Assembly: GCA_022824025.1 (NCBI GenBank) | Contig: JAJEBF010000033.1 | Location: 1 to 64,000, forward strand | Direction of reading: 5' to 3' | From: Caldilineaceae bacterium | GTDB lineage: Bacteria > Chloroflexota > Anaerolineae > Caldilineales > Caldilineaceae | DNA length: 64,000 nt | In this document: positions 40,565 through 51,043 of the stretch, in pieces | How positions within the stretch are numbered: the stretch's first letter is position 1 | How the letters are laid out: each line of letters begins with the position of its first letter | Notes under the pieces: generated by a model | Database searches by the model: none | What the model saw: only the letters and a program-made list of their open reading frames with translations | What the model was told of the DNA's origin: nothing | Program-made: the position numbers and the translations under genes

Positions 40565-40669
40565 GCGTGTACCACCTCTTATTTGGTGAAGGGAGGAGCG
40601 TTGTCAGGAACAGCGCGGCGCGTGCCGTTATGTCGACACGCGCCGCGGACCAGACACTGCCTGGCGAAA

Positions 40670-41266
40670 TCAGGCTGGTTCCGGAAGAACGAGATCACAG
40701 GCGTCGGCGGGCATCCAGTGGGCATCTTCGCCGGCCCACTTGACGTTGCAGCCGATCGGGTTGGTCAGGGTCGTGGCGACCGGCTGGCCGGAGGTGTGCT
40801 CTTCCAGGGCCTTGTCGAGGTCAAAGACGGTGGCCAGGGTGGCGTCTCTGGGATTGTCGACGCCGCGGCCGGTGTAGACCAGTTCACGGTCCTTGTTGAA
40901 GACGTAGAAGTGGGGCGTGCGGAGAGCGCCGTAGGCTTTGGCGACTTCCTGGGTTTCGTCGCGCAGGTAGACCCAGGGGAATTTCTGCTCGGCCATGCGC
41001 TCGACCATGTGTCGGAAGTCGTCTTCGGCGTTGACGTGGACACTGTTGGAGTTGATGCCGACGAACTTCACGCCTTTGGCGGCGAACTTATCGGCGGTGG
41101 CGCGGGTGGCTTCGTCGGAGCCGATCACGTAAGGGCAGTGGTTGCAGGTGAAGAAGACGACGAGAGTTTCAGCGTCATCGAAGCAGCCGAGCGTGTAAAC
41201 TTCGCCGTCGGTGGCGATGAGCTTAAAGTCGATTGCCTTTTCACCGAGTTCTAGAGTGAATGCCAT
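40670..41266 (-). CDS. Thioredoxin-fold protein (AhpC/TSA/TlpA-like), CxxC
   Basis: [13 protein letters not shown]. Confidence 0.75.
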   Translation of the reverse strand: MAFTLELGEKAIDFKLIATDGEVYTLGCFDDAETLVVFFTCNHCPYVIGSDEATRATADKFAAKGVKFVGINSNSVHVNAEDDFRHMVERMAEQKFPWVYLRDETQEVAKAYGALRTPHFYVFNKDRELVYTGRGVDNPRDATLATVFDLDKALEEHTSGQPVATTLTNPIGCNVKWAGEDAHWMPADACDLVLPEPA

Positions 41267-41350
41267 TGTTTCCTCCTATAGAGAAGAATGGGGGGCCGGC
41301 GGCCCCGCCCGCCTGAGAGCGGAGGGAGCCGCGGCTGATGCGGTTTACGA

Positions 41351-42709
41351 TCAGGCGGGACGGGGTTCGTCGAGCACGGCCTGCGTCTTGCGGTCGATCT
41401 CAGGCGCGTGTTCGGCGAAGGTGACCTCGCCTTCCCAGATCAGGTTGAGTTCGGATCGGAAGATGTTGTTCGCTTCCGTGAAGCGGGTATTCCAGGGCAT
41501 CGGATAGGGCTCGACGCCGTCGGTGATCAGCTGGTCGGTGAAGCCGTACATGAAGTTGACTTCGTTGACCTGCGGATCGGTCCATACCGACTTGCGCCCG
41601 TTGGTCTGGCGCTTGGCCTCCAGCACCTGGAAGACACCGGCGTCGTAAGAGGTGTAGGCTTTGACAAGCCCCCATGCCTCGTCAACGTGCGCGGTATCGG
41701 AGTTGATCATCCAGTGGTTGCCGGAGAAGCAGGTGCCCTGGCGTCCTTCGGAGCCGACGGGCAGCGGCACGGAACCGACTTCGAAGCGGTCGCCGACGCG
41801 GGCCTGGTTGTTGGTGAGGATGCCGACGGTGCTGGCGTGGGTGGCTTCGAGGCCGGCGACGAAGAGGTTGGGTTCGACACCTTCGCGATCGGCGTCGCGG
41901 GAGGCGACCTTTTCGTCGAGGAGGCCGACATACCATTCGGCGATCTCGGCGTGAAGATCGTTGTTGTAGGACATGGTGCGTCCCTCTTCATCCATGATCC
42001 AGGAGTCGGTGGAATCGGGGGCGCCGAAAGAGCGAGAGACGTTGCTATAGTAGTGCATGGCGATCATGCTGTCGAAGCCGATGCCGAATACGCCGGCGTC
42101 GGGGTCGGCGGCTGCACGGGCGATCTCCGTCCAGTCTGCGATGGTCCAACCCTGCTGCGGCTCGGGCAGGCCCTTTTCTTCCAGCATCGTCTTGTTGTAG
42201 TTGACGGCGATGTTGCCGCCGGGGTGAACGACATCGGGCAGGCTGAAGTTTTTGCCTTCCCACTGGTTGCCTTCGAGGACGCTGGGATAGAAGTCGTCGA
42301 AGTCGTCCGGGGGAGCGGAGTCCAGCAGATCGTCGATTTCGAGATAGATGCCCTTAAGGAAGTTAATGAAGATCCAGCGGTGGTGGCCGTAGACCAGGTC
42401 CTGCAGGGTTCCCGAGATGTAACCGGTCTGGGTCTTGGTCTCGATTTCGCCATAGATAGTGTCTTCGACTTCGACCTGGACGCCGGTCTCGTCGGCAAAG
42501 CGGGTGGCGAACTCGTGGGGCATGAGCGCGCCGTTGCCTGCGGGCGCCTGGACGCGAAGCATGATCGCTTCGGCAGCCGGCATGTCATCGCCGGACTCGG
42601 TGGCTGCGGGGGCAGCGGGAGCTGCGCAGGCCGCCAGCGCGGCGCCTGCTCCGGTCATCGCCATCCCTTTGAGGAATGCTCTTCGCGTGAAGTGTTGCTT
42701 CGTGGTCAT
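41351..42709 (-). CDS. Sugar ABC transporter substrate-binding lipoprotein with a Tat signal
   Basis: TRRAFLKGMAMTGAGAALAACAAP. Confidence 0.8.
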   Translation of the reverse strand: MTTKQHFTRRAFLKGMAMTGAGAALAACAAPAAPAATESGDDMPAAEAIMLRVQAPAGNGALMPHEFATRFADETGVQVEVEDTIYGEIETKTQTGYISGTLQDLVYGHHRWIFINFLKGIYLEIDDLLDSAPPDDFDDFYPSVLEGNQWEGKNFSLPDVVHPGGNIAVNYNKTMLEEKGLPEPQQGWTIADWTEIARAAADPDAGVFGIGFDSMIAMHYYSNVSRSFGAPDSTDSWIMDEEGRTMSYNNDLHAEIAEWYVGLLDEKVASRDADREGVEPNLFVAGLEATHASTVGILTNNQARVGDRFEVGSVPLPVGSEGRQGTCFSGNHWMINSDTAHVDEAWGLVKAYTSYDAGVFQVLEAKRQTNGRKSVWTDPQVNEVNFMYGFTDQLITDGVEPYPMPWNTRFTEANNIFRSELNLIWEGEVTFAEHAPEIDRKTQAVLDEPRPA

Positions 42710-42858
42710 TCTGTTCTCCTGAATGGTGAATGAAATGGAAAGGGCCCGTTGCCCTTGCCGTAGATGACGTATGCTTCAATATAAGATTGTGTGCGTATTG
42801 CAGCCAGAGGGAAGCAGGACTCTATTGTGATTGGCGGATCTCCTTTATGGTTGTGTGG

Positions 42859-43764
42859 TTAGCCTTTGATGCCGGACATGACGATGCCCTGGACAAAGAA
42901 GCGCTGTCCGAAGAAGAACATGAGAATGATGGGAACCATTGACATGACGCAGGCGGCCATCAGCAGGTGTTGCATCGGTTCGCCGCCGACTTCGGGCACG
43001 GCGTTGAAGAACTGGAGGCCAACCGAAACGGTGAACTTCTCCGGCGTGTTGAGGTAGATGAGCGGCCCCAGGAAGTCGCTCCAACTTGCGATGATGGTGA
43101 TGATGGCAAGGGTTGCGAGCACGGGTTTACAGAGGGGCATCAGAATCGACCAGAAGATGCGGAAGTAGCCGGCGCCATCGATCAGGGCTGCTTCATCGAG
43201 GTCTCTGGGCAGGGTCAGGAAGAACTGACGCATCAGGAAGATGGCGAATGCGCCGCCGCCGAGCCAGTGGGGCACCCACAGGGGAAGGTGTGTGTTGATC
43301 CATCCCAGCCTGTAGAAGAGGACGAACTGCGGGATGAGGGTGACCTGAGCGGGGAGCATCATGGTCGAGAGCGTGATCATAAAGAGGACATCCCGTCCGC
43401 GATATTCGAAGCGGGCGAGGGAGTAGGCGACGAGGGAGGCGGTGATCAGCGTGCCCAAGGTGGTGAGAATCACGATCATGACGGAGTTGACAAACCACTG
43501 GCCCACCGGGTAGTCGATATTGAGAACGGTCCAGTAGTTGGCCCACTGCGGGATGGAAGGGACCAGGATCGGCGGGAAGGAGAACATTTCCGGAATCGTT
43601 TTGAGCGAGCTCATCACGGTCCAGAAGAGGGGGAAGCCAAAGAGGACGCAGAGGACGAAGATGATCAGATAGGTTACCCCGCGGTTGAGAAGTTGCATGG
43701 CGCGTTGCGGGGATACGGGTCCACTTTGCAGAAGGGTATCCTGGGTCATTGTTCTCTGTGCCAT
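42859..43764 (-). CDS. Carbohydrate ABC transporter permease (MalG-type)
   Basis: MAQRTMTQ... with 6 TM helices and EAALIDGAGYFRIFWSILMPL. The 480-aa six-frame ORF is an upstream in-frame extension into the next gene. Confidence 0.8.
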   Translation of the reverse strand: MAQRTMTQDTLLQSGPVSPQRAMQLLNRGVTYLIIFVLCVLFGFPLFWTVMSSLKTIPEMFSFPPILVPSIPQWANYWTVLNIDYPVGQWFVNSVMIVILTTLGTLITASLVAYSLARFEYRGRDVLFMITLSTMMLPAQVTLIPQFVLFYRLGWINTHLPLWVPHWLGGGAFAIFLMRQFFLTLPRDLDEAALIDGAGYFRIFWSILMPLCKPVLATLAIITIIASWSDFLGPLIYLNTPEKFTVSVGLQFFNAVPEVGGEPMQHLLMAACVMSMVPIILMFFFGQRFFVQGIVMSGIKG

Positions 43765-43775
43765 CGGGCTTTTGC

Positions 43776-44750
43776 TTAGCCTCCCTCGTAGTGGACCCAG
43801 CGCCGCGAGTAGCGTACCTGCACCCAGGTGAAGAAGATCAGAATGGCGGCGAGCACCCAAGCGAGGGCGCTGCCATAGCCGAGGCGGAAGTACTGGAAGG
43901 CCTGGAAGTAGATGTGCAGGGCGAAAAACCAGGTGGCGTAGGAGGGCCCGCCCTGGGTGGCGACCCACGCGGTGGTGAAGACTTTGAGGGCTCCGATTAC
44001 GGCGAGCACAACGTTGAAGAAGATGGTGGGGGTGAGCATGGGCAAGGTAACGTGGCGGAATTTGGCCCATGCGCCGCCGCCGTCGATTGAGGCGGCGTCG
44101 TAGAGTTCCTGTGGGACGCCCTGCAGGCCGGCAAGGAAGATGAGCATGGTGTTGCCGCCCATGGCGGCCCACACATTGATCATGGTGACTGAGGCCAGCG
44201 CGCTGTCGCGAGAGGCCAACCAGCCCGGAGGGTCGGAGATGCCGATACCGCGCAGGAATTCGTTCACCGGGCCGACGCGGGGCGCCAGCAGGAAGGTCCA
44301 CAGAACCGCGAGCGCCACGGCGGGGATCAGGTGGGGCACGAAAAAGAGGGTGCGGAAGACGGTGGTCCCCATCAGTTTCTGGTTGAGCAGGATCGCGAGG
44401 ATGAGGGCGCCGCCGACAGCGAAGGGAATATACATGCCGGCGAAGGTGAAGGTTCGGCCAAGAGAGGGCCAGAAGAGTTCATCACCGCTGAACGCCCTGA
44501 TGTAGTTGCTCAGGCCGGTGAACTTGGGGCTGCCGATCACAGCGTATTCGGTGAAGCCGAAGTAAAAGGATGCGATGATAGGGCCGCCCCAAAAGATAAT
44601 GAGACCCAGAATCCAGGGCGCGGCGTAGACATATCCCCAGAGCGCACGTTTGGTTTGAAACGGGGTCTGCGCGCCAACCAGTTTGCTGAGCAGGCTGGCC
44701 TTGCTATCTGGCGCTCCTCCTACAGGGGCGCCGGTCTCTGCGACCGCCAC
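43776..44750 (-). CDS. Carbohydrate ABC transporter permease (MalF-type)
   Basis: YDAASIDGGGAWAKFRHVTLPML. Confidence 0.8.
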   Translation of the reverse strand: MAVAETGAPVGGAPDSKASLLSKLVGAQTPFQTKRALWGYVYAAPWILGLIIFWGGPIIASFYFGFTEYAVIGSPKFTGLSNYIRAFSGDELFWPSLGRTFTFAGMYIPFAVGGALILAILLNQKLMGTTVFRTLFFVPHLIPAVALAVLWTFLLAPRVGPVNEFLRGIGISDPPGWLASRDSALASVTMINVWAAMGGNTMLIFLAGLQGVPQELYDAASIDGGGAWAKFRHVTLPMLTPTIFFNVVLAVIGALKVFTTAWVATQGGPSYATWFFALHIYFQAFQYFRLGYGSALAWVLAAILIFFTWVQVRYSRRWVHYEGG

Positions 44751-45126
44751 GTTGGCCTCCGTTTTTTTGGGATCGAGTCAGGCGTCTCTGAGAATTGGCA
44801 AGGTAACCCAAGAGCCAAGCCCGGAAATATCCAGGAGGGGAGACGTCCTGAAGAATCAGGACGACTTGCCTGTCTTGCTTGCTGTCGATGTGTGTCAAAG
44901 GGAATTGCGTATCAAGCGTAGAGAGCGGATAATGCCCCTATCGATACACCGCCTTTGAGGAGAATTATACTTATTTGGCGTATTTCAGCAAGAATAAGCA
45001 GGTCTGACATCGACAGGCTCATTGCGTCCGGAGTGTCAGTCGTGCGGCGAAGGAATTGGACCTGTTTCGGGAAATTGGAAAACGGGGTCGTCCGTGAGCG
45101 GCGCCCAGGAGGAGAAGATTTTGACT

Positions 45127-46587
45127 ATGCGCATAGGCGTGGCATTGCTTTCGCACGAATCGAATACATTTGCGTCCTTTCCGACGGCGCTATCTGATTT
45201 TCAGATTGCGCGGGGGGCGGCGTTTGCGGATCGGTACCGAGGGACATTTCACGAGGTTGGGGGGTTTATCGCGGGGGCGGAGGCGTATGGCTATGAGATC
45301 ATGCCGCTTTTTGGCGCGAACGCGACACCGGGGGGGACGGTGCGGGCGGCTGCCTACGAGGCCCTGACGGCGGAGTTGCTGGAACGGATCTGGGGCGCGA
45401 TGCCGCTGGACGGACTGCTGTTGGGGTTGCACGGGGCGATGGCGGCGGAGGGTTTTCCGCAGGCCGACGGGGAGACTGTGAGCCGTGTGCGGGCGCTCCT
45501 GGGGCCGGACATTCCTCTATTCGTAACGCACGATTATCACGGCAATGTGCCGCCGCAGCTGGTGGAGGATGCGACGGCGCTGATCATTTACAAGACGTGC
45601 CCGCACATCGACCAGCGGGAGCGGGGACTGCAAGCGGCGGAGTTGTTGACGCGCACGGTGCGGGGGGAAGTACAGCCTGTCTCCAGTATCGCCAAACCGG
45701 AGCTTGTCTATAATATTGCATTCCACAATACGAATATGGGGCCGATGAAACCGGTGATGGACGCTGCAATCGAGTTGGAGGGGCAGCCGGGGATTCTGGC
45801 GGCGAGCGTTGCAGCCGGGTACCAATATGCGGATGTGCCGTGGATGGGGCCGTGCATCGTGGTGGTGGCGGACGGTGATCAGGACCTTGCTGACCGGGAA
45901 GCGCAGAGACTGGCCGACCTGATGTGGTCGTTGCGAGATGAGCTGCTGCCGACGATTCCGAGCCCAGCCGAAGCCGTGGCGACGGCGATCGCGAGCGAGG
46001 ATAAACCGGTCTCGATGATGGAGATGGGTGACAATATCGGCGGCGGCAGCGCGGGGGACTCGACGTTTGTTTTGGAGGAGTTGCTGCGACAAGGTGCGAG
46101 CGGTTGGGTATTGGCTCTCTACGATCCGGAGGCCGTGGAGGCCTGCGCTGCGGCGGGTATCGGCGCTCAGTTGACGCTGCTGGTGGGAGGCAAGGTAGAT
46201 GACGAGCACGGGCCGACGCTGACGGTGGAAGGGACGGTACGAACCCTGCATGACGGCAAATTCATTGAGACCGAGGTCCGCCACGGGGGCGGAAGGTACT
46301 GGAACCAGGGCCTGACCGCTGTGCTGGAGACGAGCGGGGGCTTGCTGGCGTTGAACAGCAGGCGGACGCCGCCGATGAGTCTCAATCAGCTGCGGTCGGT
46401 GGGGATCATGCCGGAGCAGCACGAAATTTTTGTGGCGAAGGGTTCGGTTGCCCCGCGGGCGGCGTACGAGCCGGTTTCGGCGCGCATTATCGAGGTGGAC
46501 TCAGGCGGGGCGACGTCGATCAGCCGCCCGCGGGAGGACTATCAGCTGGCGCGGAGCGGGCTGTACGAGTGGACACGGCAGAGTTAG
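45127..46587 (+). CDS. MlrC-like (M81 family) metallopeptidase-fold protein
   Basis: [19 protein letters not shown] is the DUF1485 N-terminus. An MlrC C-terminal domain follows. Confidence 0.7.
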   Translation: MRIGVALLSHESNTFASFPTALSDFQIARGAAFADRYRGTFHEVGGFIAGAEAYGYEIMPLFGANATPGGTVRAAAYEALTAELLERIWGAMPLDGLLLGLHGAMAAEGFPQADGETVSRVRALLGPDIPLFVTHDYHGNVPPQLVEDATALIIYKTCPHIDQRERGLQAAELLTRTVRGEVQPVSSIAKPELVYNIAFHNTNMGPMKPVMDAAIELEGQPGILAASVAAGYQYADVPWMGPCIVVVADGDQDLADREAQRLADLMWSLRDELLPTIPSPAEAVATAIASEDKPVSMMEMGDNIGGGSAGDSTFVLEELLRQGASGWVLALYDPEAVEACAAAGIGAQLTLLVGGKVDDEHGPTLTVEGTVRTLHDGKFIETEVRHGGGRYWNQGLTAVLETSGGLLALNSRRTPPMSLNQLRSVGIMPEQHEIFVAKGSVAPRAAYEPVSARIIEVDSGGATSISRPREDYQLARSGLYEWTRQS

Positions 46588-48097
46588 AGTGCCGGGACGC
46601 GGCTGGCGAGCGGGCGCGCTTTGTTATGGGATCGCCGATGAGGGCGTCGACGATTTTGGCGGAGGAGACCACGCCGGGGACGCCTGCGCCGGGGTGTGTG
46701 CCGGCGCCGACGAGGTAGAGGTTGTCGATGTCTTCTGATTGGTTGTGCGGTCGGAACCATGCGCTCTGGGTAAGGGTGGGCTGGATCGAGAAAGCGGAGC
46801 CGAGATAGCTGTTGAGCGTGTGGGCGAAGTGGCGGGGATCGATGCGGTGTTCGGCCACGATGTTGGCTTGGAGATTGGGGAGATAGTTTCGCTCGAGGAA
46901 ATCCATGATGGAGTCGCGGTAGGGCTGGGCCTGTTGTTCCCAGTCGATGTTGGCGCCGAGATGGGGCACGGGGGAGAGGACGTAGAAGGTTTCGCCGCCT
47001 GCTGGGGCCAGTGACGGGTCGGTGAGTGTCGGCATGTGCAGATAGAGCGAAAAGTCCTCGGGTAAGTCTTTGTTGCGGAAGATGTCGCGCAGCAGGCCGG
47101 TGTAGTTGGGGTCCATGATTATGTTATGGTGGGCGAGGCCGGCATCGCGATATTGGCGCTTTGTGCCGAAGTAGACGACAAACAGGGACATCGAGTAATT
47201 CTTGCTTTTGATGCGGCGGTCGCTGTTGCGGGGCCGCTTTTCTTTTGGGATGAGGTTGAGGTAGGTCCAGGCGGCGTCGGCGTTGGAAACGACAGCGTCG
47301 GCCCCGTGGACTGAGCCGTTCTTGAGACGGATGCCCTGGGCGCGCCGCTCGTTGACGAGGATCTGGTCGACTTCGGCGTTGAGGTGAATGTTGACGCCGA
47401 GTTCCTGAAGGAGGCGGGCGAAGGCGGCGATGATTGCGCCGGTGCCGCCGAGGGCGTAGTGGATGCCCCATTTCCGCTCCAGGTAGTGAATAAGCACGTA
47501 GATGCTTGCGGCGCTGAGGGGATTGCCGCCGATGAGGAGGGGTTGAAAGGAGAAACAGCAGCGCAAGAATTCGTTTTGGAAGAACTTTGAGACGTAGCCA
47601 TAGACGCTGCGGTAACTTTGGAGGCGGATGAGGTCGGGCACGACGCTGAGCATGTCGGAGAGGTTAAGGAAGGGCTGGTCGATGAGCGCCATGCCCGTTT
47701 CGAAGATTTCTTTGGTGCTGGCGAGGAAGTTGCTGTAGCCGTCAACGTCGGCTGGGCTGCGCTGTTCGATTTGGCGGAGCATGGCGTCGCGGTCGGCGCT
47801 GACGTCGAAGGGCCGGTTGTTGTGGTCGAAGATACGGTAGAAGGGGTTGCAGGGGACGAGGGTGAAGTAGTCCTGGCGGCGGCGGCCGGCAGCCTGCCAG
47901 ATTTCGTCGAAGATCCAGGGGGCGGTTATAACGGTGGGGCCGCCGTCGAAGCGGAAGCCGTTGATTTCGTAGACGTAGGCGCGGCCGCCGAGTTTGTCGC
48001 GTTTTTCGAAGAGGTCGACCTGGTGGCCGCGAGCGGCGAGGCGGGCGGCTGCGCTGAGGCCGCCGAAGCCGGAGCCGATAACGATAATCCTGGACAC
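46520..48097 (-). CDS. Phytoene desaturase-family FAD oxidoreductase (CrtI/CrtD-like)
   Basis: [40 protein letters not shown] is the dinucleotide-binding fold. C-terminal [14 protein letters not shown]. The 3' end overlaps the convergent MlrC-like gene by ~68 nt. Confidence 0.85.
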   Translation of the reverse strand: MSRIIVIGSGFGGLSAAARLAARGHQVDLFEKRDKLGGRAYVYEINGFRFDGGPTVITAPWIFDEIWQAAGRRRQDYFTLVPCNPFYRIFDHNNRPFDVSADRDAMLRQIEQRSPADVDGYSNFLASTKEIFETGMALIDQPFLNLSDMLSVVPDLIRLQSYRSVYGYVSKFFQNEFLRCCFSFQPLLIGGNPLSAASIYVLIHYLERKWGIHYALGGTGAIIAAFARLLQELGVNIHLNAEVDQILVNERRAQGIRLKNGSVHGADAVVSNADAAWTYLNLIPKEKRPRNSDRRIKSKNYSMSLFVVYFGTKRQYRDAGLAHHNIIMDPNYTGLLRDIFRNKDLPEDFSLYLHMPTLTDPSLAPAGGETFYVLSPVPHLGANIDWEQQAQPYRDSIMDFLERNYLPNLQANIVAEHRIDPRHFAHTLNSYLGSAFSIQPTLTQSAWFRPHNQSEDIDNLYLVGAGTHPGAGVPGVVSSAKIVDALIGDPITKRARSPAASRHSNSAVSTRTARSAPADSPPAGG

Positions 48098-48631
48098 GGG
48101 TATCCTCCGTTGGATGATGCCGGGGCTGCCATAGCGCCGACTGTGTCGTCACTACGGGAGTATGACACAGTTCGGGCTGAAAGTGCGAACCTGATCTGGG
48201 ACGGAATTTGTGTACAAAACTTGTTCATATTTGACATTCCTGCGGTTTGTTTAGTTATTATACACCGAAACAGGATTCGCGGAAGGCAGGGGGCAGAAAT
48301 CAGGATGGGTAGGATTTATGAGGGAGCAGTGCCGGGGGATGGGGGTGGGGGCAATTGGCACTGCATTTACTTTGGAGGGCGTTGAGATTTGGCTGATTGT
48401 GGTTCCTGTCATATACTTTTTGTTTGTGTGGGCGGCGCGCCCCTGGGTGTGCCGGCCTGACATAAGGGCTGGATTTCGAGTTGGATGCAGACCCATTTTA
48501 CGTCCGTATTGCGGAGCCTGATCTGCCTCAAGTTGTGAGGCGCGCGTTCGTATTACGCCCGCAAGCCGCTTTCCGAAGTTCCGGGGACGTTGAGCAGGAT
48601 GTCTCTGGGCGCGGTCAAAGGAGAGAGAACG

Positions 48632-49480
48632 ATGTATGCAGTAGTTCGCACCGGCGGAAAACAGTATCGAGTTTCCCCCGGCGACATTCTTGAGGTAGAG
48701 AAGCTGGCCGGCGAAGTCGGCGACAGTGTTGTTTTGGACGATGTGCTGCTGGTTGCCGGTGAAGACGGTGTTGAGATTGGCCGGCCGAACGTGGCCGGGG
48801 CGTCTGTGACGGCCAGGATAACGGGCCAGCACCGGGGCGAGAAGATTCTGGTCTTTCGCTACCGGCCGAAGAAGCGGGTACGGGTGCGGCGCGGTCACCG
48901 GCAGTATCTGACTCGCCTGCAGGTACACAAGATCAGCGGCGACGGCTATGAATACGTGGAAGAGGGGATGGAAGAGGCCTCGCCTGAAGAGATAGTCGAG
49001 GAGGCGGTTGCGGCGGTCGCGATGACGGACTCGGTCGTTGAGGCGGCAGGGGCAGACGGGACAGAGAGTGAAGAGGCAACGGCTGACGAGACAGCGGCCG
49101 AAGAGACAGAGAGTGCCGGGATAGAGGAAGATGCCGACATTGGCGACAAGGCGGTGGCCGCGGTGCGGGATAAGGTTGCCAGGGCCAGCGACGCGGTTGA
49201 GGCTGCCGGTGATGCGGCAGAGGATGCCGTCGAGGCTGTGGGCGACGCGGCGAGCGATGCGATCGAGGCTGTAGGCGATGTCGCGGAGGGCGCTGTGGAG
49301 GCTGTCAGCGAAGCGGTGGAAGACGCGGTTGAGGCAGTGAGTGACCTTGCCAGCGATGCGGCGGATGCGGTGGATGCCGTTGCCGATAAAGCGGGCGACG
49401 CTGTGGAATCGGTTGCGGATAATCTGAAGGGGTTGGTCGGCCGAGGCAGAAGGGACAGCGACGAGGCCAAGGACAGTTAG
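48632..49480 (+). CDS. rplU: Ribosomal protein L21 with a ~180-aa acidic, repetitive C-terminal extension
   Basis: [25 protein letters not shown]...[26 protein letters not shown] is canonical L21. ([10 protein letters not shown])n-like repeats follow. ATG preceded by AAAGGAGAG. Confidence 0.85.
   Translation: MYAVVRTGGKQYRVSPGDILEVEKLAGEVGDSVVLDDVLLVAGEDGVEIGRPNVAGASVTARITGQHRGEKILVFRYRPKKRVRVRRGHRQYLTRLQVHKISGDGYEYVEEGMEEASPEEIVEEAVAAVAMTDSVVEAAGADGTESEEATADETAAEETESAGIEEDADIGDKAVAAVRDKVARASDAVEAAGDAAEDAVEAVGDAASDAIEAVGDVAEGAVEAVSEAVEDAVEAVSDLASDAADAVDAVADKAGDAVESVADNLKGLVGRGRRDSDEAKDS
49200..49420 (+). repeat. Imperfect ~30-nt tandem repeats encoding the Ala/Glu/Asp/Val-rich L21 tail
   Basis: Units of the type gaXgcXgtXgaggctgtXggcgaX recur about 6-7 times. 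Confidence 0.5.
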
Positions 49481-49515
49481 GCCGCGAAAGACTAGAAAAA
49501 AGAGGAGTAGGAGAT

Positions 49516-49797
49516 ATGGCTCACAAAAAAGGCGGCGGTTCCAGCCGTAACAACCGGGATTCGAATGGCCAGCGACTGGGCGTGAAAAAGTATGGCGGGG
49601 AGTTTGTAAGGTGCGGCAACATTTTGATTCGCCAGCGGGGCACGCCGATCTTCCCAGGCGCGAATGTCGGCAAGGGCAAGGATGACACGCTCTATGCCAT
49701 GCAGGACGGATATGTGACCTTTGAATGGGCCAAGAAGAACCGCAAAAAGGTCAGTGTGTACACGGCAGAAGAGAAGCAGGCGTTGGGGAAGGTGTAG
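49516..49797 (+). CDS. rpmA: Ribosomal protein L27
   Basis: [41 protein letters not shown]. Confidence 0.95.
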   Translation: MAHKKGGGSSRNNRDSNGQRLGVKKYGGEFVRCGNILIRQRGTPIFPGANVGKGKDDTLYAMQDGYVTFEWAKKNRKKVSVYTAEEKQALGKV

Positions 49798-49801
49798 CAA
49801 G

Positions 49802-50167
49802 ATGAAGCGAGAAATTCATCCTGAATACTATGCTGCCGCGCGTGTGTATTGCTCGTGCGGAAACAGCTGGGTGACGGGTAGCACGCAGGCAGAAATCAAC
49901 GTCAATATCTGCAGCCAGTGCCATCCTTTTTATACCGGCGAGCAGCGGATCGTAGACTCGGTCGGCCGTGTTGAGCGGTTTGTAAGACGGTTGGAGTCGC
50001 GGCAGAGCGCGGCGGCCCGGCAGCAGATCGAGGCGACGGCGCGGCAGGAAGCCGATGCGGCGGCGCGGCGGGCGCGAGCGCGCGGGGACGATCCGGAAGC
50101 GGCCGCAGCGGAAGTGATGGCCCGGTACGAAGAGGAAGCGGGAGCCGAAGCGGAGGCAGAGGCGTAG
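49802..50167 (+). CDS. rpmE: Ribosomal protein L31 (Zn-ribbon type) with an Ala/Arg/Glu-rich C-terminal extension
   Basis: [10 protein letters not shown]...[12 protein letters not shown]...[10 protein letters not shown]. Confidence 0.85.
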   Translation: MKREIHPEYYAAARVYCSCGNSWVTGSTQAEINVNICSQCHPFYTGEQRIVDSVGRVERFVRRLESRQSAAARQQIEATARQEADAAARRARARGDDPEAAAAEVMARYEEEAGAEAEAEA

Positions 50168-50191
50168 CCGAAAGCGCGGGCGAAACGGGGC

Positions 50192-50836
50192 ATGCACTTT
50201 CAATCCGGCGGCGGATGGATCGAACTGATCTGCGGTTCGATGTTCAGCGGCAAGACGGAAGAGTTGCTGCGCCGGGTACGGCGGTCGGAGATCGCGCGGC
50301 GGCGCATTCAGTTGTTCAAGCCTCAGATAGACAATCGCTACGGGCGTGAGCGGCTGGCCTCGCACAATGGCATGTCGCGCGGCGATGTCGCTATTCTAGA
50401 GGACACGGCTTCATTGTTGGAGCAGGTGAAGCCGGACACTGAGGTGGTGGCGATCGACGAGGTGCAGTTTTTTGACCCGGCGGTTGCAGGTATCTGCCAG
50501 GCGCTGGCTGACCGCGGAATGCAGGTGATCGCTGCAGGGCTGGACCAGGATTTCCGCGGGGAGCCGTTCGGCGCGATGCCGCTGTTGATGGCGCTGGCTG
50601 AGCGGGTGGATAAGTTGCACGCGATCTGTGTGCGGTGCGGCGCGTCGGCGACGCGAACGCAGCGGTTGATTGACGGGAAACCGGCCCGCTATGATGAACC
50701 GGTGATTCTGGTGGGCGGGAGTGAAAGCTACGAGGCGCGCTGCCGCGGTTGCCATGATGTGCCGGGGAGACCGGTTGCGGCGTCAATGGGGCGGAGTAGG
50801 CCGGCCGGCAGGGGTTCGACGGGCGTGACAGTTTAA
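50192..50836 (+). CDS. tdk: Thymidine kinase
   Basis: P-loop GSMFSGKT. C-terminal Zn ribbon CVRCG...CRGCH. Confidence 0.9.
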   Translation: MHFQSGGGWIELICGSMFSGKTEELLRRVRRSEIARRRIQLFKPQIDNRYGRERLASHNGMSRGDVAILEDTASLLEQVKPDTEVVAIDEVQFFDPAVAGICQALADRGMQVIAAGLDQDFRGEPFGAMPLLMALAERVDKLHAICVRCGASATRTQRLIDGKPARYDEPVILVGGSESYEARCRGCHDVPGRPVAASMGRSRPAGRGSTGVTV

Positions 50837-50856
50837 GAGATATATTTTGGAGAGGG

Positions 50857-50880
50857 CGGGCCGGTCTGGCCCGTTTTTTT
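50857..50880 (+). terminator. Rho-independent terminator after tdk
   Basis: CGGGCC - ggtct - GGCCCG followed by TTTTTTT. Confidence 0.65.
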
Positions 50881-50931
50881 GTCGCCGCGGCCCGGGATGG
50901 GCGGCGGCTTCCCTTTGTCAGGAATTTGGGC

Positions 50932-50946
50932 AATCAGGATTGGGAG
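50932..50946. promoter_or_regulatory. Palindromic AATCAGGATT / CAGGATTGGG motif, ~109 nt upstream of the acyl-CoA ligase ATG
   Basis: Same 10-mer as at 52592, and a related CAGGATTrGGGG as at 52572. Confidence 0.35.
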
Positions 50947-51043
50947 AAGGGATGGATTGTCGGGATGGAAGGTTGCGAAAGGTGGGGGAGGTTTTATATA
51001 GTAGCCGGGGCAGGGGGAACTGAATTGGGGAGGACTGGTTGAT

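Noticed and set aside
39890-42733. Long plus-strand ORFs 39890-41254 (454 aa) and 41408-42733 (441 aa)
   Set aside because: Antisense to the SelA-like, thioredoxin-like and SBP genes. Gly/Asp/Val-rich artefacts of GC-rich DNA.
48946-49470. 174-aa Ser/Ala-rich minus-strand ORF
   Set aside because: Antisense reading of the L21 tail repeats. Low-complexity artefact.
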